A stretch of 58,412 bases of DNA, counting the filler, from an uncultured bacterium (GTDB lineage: Bacteria > DAOPZR01): the NCBI GenBank assembly GCA_964637655.1. It is 3 parts of 3 records of this genome, joined end to end, with 100 filler letters (N's around TTAATTAATTAA, not from the genome) between each part and the next. Parts side by side here need not be neighbours in the genome. Positions count along the whole stretch, not along the records: positions 39,534 to 58,412 come from CAZWUZ010000033.1; 2 more parts are not named here. One strand, written 5' to 3'. The notes under the pieces are model-generated. The model did not search any database. It saw nothing but the letters and a program-made list of their open reading frames with translations, and was not told the DNA's origin. Below are positions 55,341 through 58,412 of this stretch, piece by piece. The stretch's first letter is position 1. Each line of letters begins with the position of its first letter. The position numbers and the translations under genes are program-made.

Positions 55341-56427
55341 GCAACTTATTGTTCCGGCCGAGGGGCCGAATGATGAGACTGCGTGTGTGACACAGCAACT
55401 GGTTGGCAACGGAGAAAAAGTCGGGGCCGGTAAATTGCTGGGTGAATTCGAAACCGCGAAAGCGGTGTTGCAGATTACCTGCAGTAAGGAAGGGTATATT
55501 TTCTGGTGCTGTGCTGAAGGTGACGAAATCCCAGTCGGGAGTTGTCTGGCGGAAATCCATGATGTGCTGCCTGCGCAGCAGGGGCTTCCGGCAGCGACGG
55601 CTGCCCCGGTTGCCGGCCAGCCGGTATGCTCACGCAGTGCACGTGCGCTCATGGAGCAGCATGGTATCGAGTTGACGGCGTTTAACGGCCAGCCGATGGT
55701 TACGGAACGGGATGTGCGTGCGTTGCTTGCCGCTCGCGTGTCGGTGCCGGTAGACAAAACAGTACCGGCGGCGACGTCAACCGATGCGGTGCCGCTGGCG
55801 AGGGATAAACGGGCGGAAATCCGCCACCTGTCCTCGGGGCAAAACCAAATAACCAGCCTCTTTGCCGCGAAACTTCCACTACCGATGGCGCCGGTGAAAA
55901 CTGCGGCATTTGCCCATCTGAACAGCAGGGTGGTGCCGCTGCTGCTGGCAGGTACCTGTCGTTTGTTGCGGGAATATCGTGAATACAATGCCTGGTACGA
56001 CGAGGGCGTGATCCGGTATTATCCGGAGATTAACCTTGGCTACGCATTGGACCTTGAGCAGAACCTGCGGGTGGCGGCGCTGGGCGACTGCAGCGCCATG
56101 CCACTGCCTGACATCAGCCGGCGCATCGTGGCTGCGTCACTGGCCTATCGGCGGCAGGAACTGACCGCGGAACTGCTCGCCCCGACCACCTTTACGGTGT
56201 CGGATGTATCAACGCTCAACGTGGCTTTTTTTACGCCGCTGATCAACTGCCGGCAGAGCGCGATTCTGGGAATTGCCTCTCCTGACGCGCACGAAGGTTG
56301 TATGACCTTGGTGCTGGTCTTTGACCATCGGGTGAGCACGGGCCGTCGTGCGGCCCTGTTTTTGCGAGATCTTGTTGGCATGGTGTCGGCGCAATTGACC
56401 AATGCCGGGGGAGCGGATAAGGCATGA
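55327..56427 (+). CDS. E2-like lipoyl acyltransferase with divergent catalytic motif
   Basis: Lipoyl domain EFETAKA, short subunit-binding segment, catalytic domain TFTVSD...FTPLIN...VFDHRVSTG. Confidence 0.85.
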   Translation: MAIIEQLIVPAEGPNDETACVTQQLVGNGEKVGAGKLLGEFETAKAVLQITCSKEGYIFWCCAEGDEIPVGSCLAEIHDVLPAQQGLPAATAAPVAGQPVCSRSARALMEQHGIELTAFNGQPMVTERDVRALLAARVSVPVDKTVPAATSTDAVPLARDKRAEIRHLSSGQNQITSLFAAKLPLPMAPVKTAAFAHLNSRVVPLLLAGTCRLLREYREYNAWYDEGVIRYYPEINLGYALDLEQNLRVAALGDCSAMPLPDISRRIVAASLAYRRQELTAELLAPTTFTVSDVSTLNVAFFTPLINCRQSAILGIASPDAHEGCMTLVLVFDHRVSTGRRAALFLRDLVGMVSAQLTNAGGADKA

Positions 56428-56672
56428 TGGACGCTGGTATGCAGCCGCGGATTTTAGAAATTATCGCCGGTATCCTGCGGGTACCGGTGGTTATGCCGGC
56501 AGATACCCCGCAATCCTTGCCTGGCTGGGACTCCGCCAATCATTTGAATATCATCGTGGCGGTGGAACAGGAGTACGGGATTCGGTTTACGGATGAAGCG
56601 GTATTGGGAATCTCATCTGCCGGTGATATTGTGTCTATCGCTGCTGCTTTGCGCGCCGGCAGCGGGGGGTGA
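56424..56672 (+). CDS. Acyl carrier protein
   Basis: WDSANHLNIIVAVEQEYGIRF phosphopantetheine motif; ATGA overlap. Confidence 0.88.
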   Translation: MMDAGMQPRILEIIAGILRVPVVMPADTPQSLPGWDSANHLNIIVAVEQEYGIRFTDEAVLGISSAGDIVSIAAALRAGSGG

Positions 56673-57226
56673 CTTCCGGTTTGGTGGGGAAACCAACGGC
56701 GGGTCCGGTGACGACGTTAACCTGTCGTTGGCTGACCCGCGTATTCGAAGGATTGCGGTTTGTACCATTTGCATGGGCTGACCGTTGGCGAGGCTACTTG
56801 TTGGCACGTATTGCCGGCCGCGGCGGGCGCCATCTGCGCATCCACGCGAATGTGGCGATTTCGTGTTATGGTGATTTAGAATTGGGGGATGATGTTTGTA
56901 TCATGGAAAACACCTACATCTTTTCCGGGGGCGGTTTGCGCCTCGGCAACGGGTGCCGCATCGGCCCGGGAACTGTCATCCTGACGGCTGACCACGGTTT
57001 GGCTGTGAACGGGGAACCCTGCCTGACCCAGCCGCTTGTGCATGCGCCGGTGGTTATCGGCGATGGCGTTGAGCTGGGTGCCTGCACGGTAGTGACCAAG
57101 GGGGTCACCATTGGTGATCGGTGTATAGTGCGACCACATGCGCTGGTGACCATGACCTTGCCGGCGGATTGTGTGGCAGCGGGCAGCCCGGCCCGCCCGC
57201 AAACACGGGAGCAGCACGTCCGCTAA
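56669..57226 (+). CDS. Left-handed beta-helix (hexapeptide) acyltransferase
   Basis: LELGDDVCI, LGNGCRIGPGTVILTADH, PVVIGDGV, AGSPAR. Confidence 0.85.
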   Translation: MTSGLVGKPTAGPVTTLTCRWLTRVFEGLRFVPFAWADRWRGYLLARIAGRGGRHLRIHANVAISCYGDLELGDDVCIMENTYIFSGGGLRLGNGCRIGPGTVILTADHGLAVNGEPCLTQPLVHAPVVIGDGVELGACTVVTKGVTIGDRCIVRPHALVTMTLPADCVAAGSPARPQTREQHVR

Positions 57227-57235
57227 CGCGGCCGG

Positions 57236-57736
57236 TCAGGTACGCCGGCGGATGGCGCGGGCCGGGCTGCCCGCAACAATGGTGTACGGCGCCACGTTGG
57301 TGGTGACCAACGCTTGCGCTGAGACAACGCAACCGTCGCCAAGGGTGACCCCATGGGTGATAACCGCATGCGCACCGACCCAAACATCCGCGCCAATGCG
57401 TACCGGAGCAACCTCGTTGCCGGGACCGGTGCTGAGCACAACGGATCCTGGCCCAAGACCGCTATGGTGCCCCACGGCGACGCCTCCCCGCGCGTCAATG
57501 TAGCAGTTATTCTGCAGGCAGATGTTTTCACCGAGTTGCAGATTGGCACAATCGATAATGGTGACGTTGGGGTATACCGCAATGCCGCGACCGGCATACG
57601 CTGCCAGTCTGGCGAGCAGACGGCCACGCAGACCGATGCCGAAATGAAAAGGGAGAAAACGGCATAGGGCAAACAATACCGCGCATAATGCGTGGAGCAT
57701 GGCCACGACCTGACCAATCAGAACGTGATGGGCCAC
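57236..57736 (-). CDS. Hexapeptide-repeat acyltransferase (start GTG 57736 or ATG 57700)
   Basis: LQLGENICL, IDARGGVAVG, PVRIGADVWVG, VAGSPAR. Confidence 0.8.
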   Translation of the reverse strand: MAHHVLIGQVVAMLHALCAVLFALCRFLPFHFGIGLRGRLLARLAAYAGRGIAVYPNVTIIDCANLQLGENICLQNNCYIDARGGVAVGHHSGLGPGSVVLSTGPGNEVAPVRIGADVWVGAHAVITHGVTLGDGCVVSAQALVTTNVAPYTIVAGSPARAIRRRT

Positions 57737-57740
57737 GGTA

Positions 57741-58412
57741 TCATTGTTCAGTGTGGATGTCAATGGTATTGCCGGTGACGTACGTATGCTTGCTGGAACT
57801 GTCGCAAGGGAACGCAATGTACGCGGTCTCCGTGGCCAGGCCGCAGGCCTCCGCCAGCCGCCGCAGCCGTTCCCACCCGAACCCGAACCCGCTGGAACAG
57901 ATGCTGGGACGCACGGCCACGAGGTCGAGGCCGGCAGCGGCAAAGTCGCACCGCCAGCGGTCAGCGGCGAAGGCCGACCATTCCGCGCGCAGCGTCGGGG
58001 AAATGCCGTGCGGTTCGGGCAGCAGCAGGCGCGTACACAACCCGCGCGGCGCCCGCGTCACCTTCGGGTTGTTTACCGGGCCGGCCGCCGTTTCACCGCG
58101 CAGCTTGCCGCGCAGCGCCGCGATTCCGCCCGGCCCGGTGGCGGCCTCGATGATATTGGCCAGTTTGTTCGGCAGATGCAGCAGCGTATGCAGCACCAGC
58201 CAGGTGCGGTTGGGCACCAGGTGCACCATGACGCCGCCGTCCGTGAGCAGCGTTGCCGCGACGCGCAGCACGCGCTGCGCGTCGGGGAGATGCTCGAGCA
58301 GGTTGGAGGAGAAGATCAGGTCGAAACGCTCCTGCGGAAAGGCCGCCGGCAGTTGCTCCGCGTCGACCACGCGATCCGTCACGCCGGGGTGCGGCGGGCG
58401 GCGGAGAATATC
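57741..58412 (-). CDS. Class I SAM methyltransferase, 5' partial
   Basis: DAEQLP...FDLIFSSNLLEHLPD...GGVMVHLVP; the frame is open to the window end. Confidence 0.8.
   Translation of the reverse strand, partial: DILRRPPHPGVTDRVVDAEQLPAAFPQERFDLIFSSNLLEHLPDAQRVLRVAATLLTDGGVMVHLVPNRTWLVLHTLLHLPNKLANIIEAATGPGGIAALRGKLRGETAAGPVNNPKVTRAPRGLCTRLLLPEPHGISPTLRAEWSAFAADRWRCDFAAAGLDLVAVRPSICSSGFGFGWERLRRLAEACGLATETAYIAFPCDSSSKHTYVTGNTIDIHTEQ

Noticed and set aside
53391-56427. Housekeeping pyruvate dehydrogenase operon
   Set aside because: There is no E3, the E2 motif is divergent, the genes are coupled to an ACP and an acyltransferase, and the composition is atypical. A catabolic role is disfavoured, not excluded.
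57718-57744. Minus-strand ATGA-coupled mini ORF MIPWPITF as a leader peptide or sign of a frameshift
   Set aside because: In-frame GTG 57736 and ATG 57700 can start the acyltransferase without a frameshift; there is no further support.
1-58412. tRNA, rRNA, integrase or transposase genes
   Set aside because: None was recognised by eye. A covariance-model scan would be needed to exclude small RNAs.

Overview
The window is three separate contigs from a GC-rich diderm bacterium, joined by artificial 100-nt N/TTAATTAATTAA linkers at 20055-20154 and 39434-39533. Adjacency across those linkers is not biological. Contig 1 (1-20054) is a secondary-metabolite region. It holds a RiPP locus with three Nif11-type double-glycine precursors, a LanM carrying the ProcM-type CCG zinc motif, an RRE-rSAM-SPASM maturase and a tandem-GNAT acyltransferase, with a lemA-TPM-TPM operon inside it and M28 peptidases on both sides. 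Next to it is a 2631-aa C-A-T-C-A-T-R NRPS with a cNMP-binding-like domain fused after the reductase. Contig 2 (20155-39433) is mostly housekeeping: gatAB, a PP-loop tRNA thiolase, UvrD/PcrA, pdaD-speB, an ECF sigma/anti-sigma pair, an amidohydrolase, a STAS protein and a sugar-binding lipoprotein. It also has a tip-less MCP-like protein, a prokaryotic RING protein, a cluster of short 9-nt-periodic repeats, and DnaA boxes at its end (candidate oriC). Contig 3 (39534-58412) is an envelope region: bamA-skp-lpxD-lpxC/fabZ-lpxA, glycosyltransferases and FapA. It ends in a compositionally distinct cassette (methyltransferase, fused E1alpha/beta, E2-like protein, ACP, acyltransferase) that may make an unusual acyl-ACP for decorating a surface glycan. 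All calls come from reading motifs by eye; no database searches were run.
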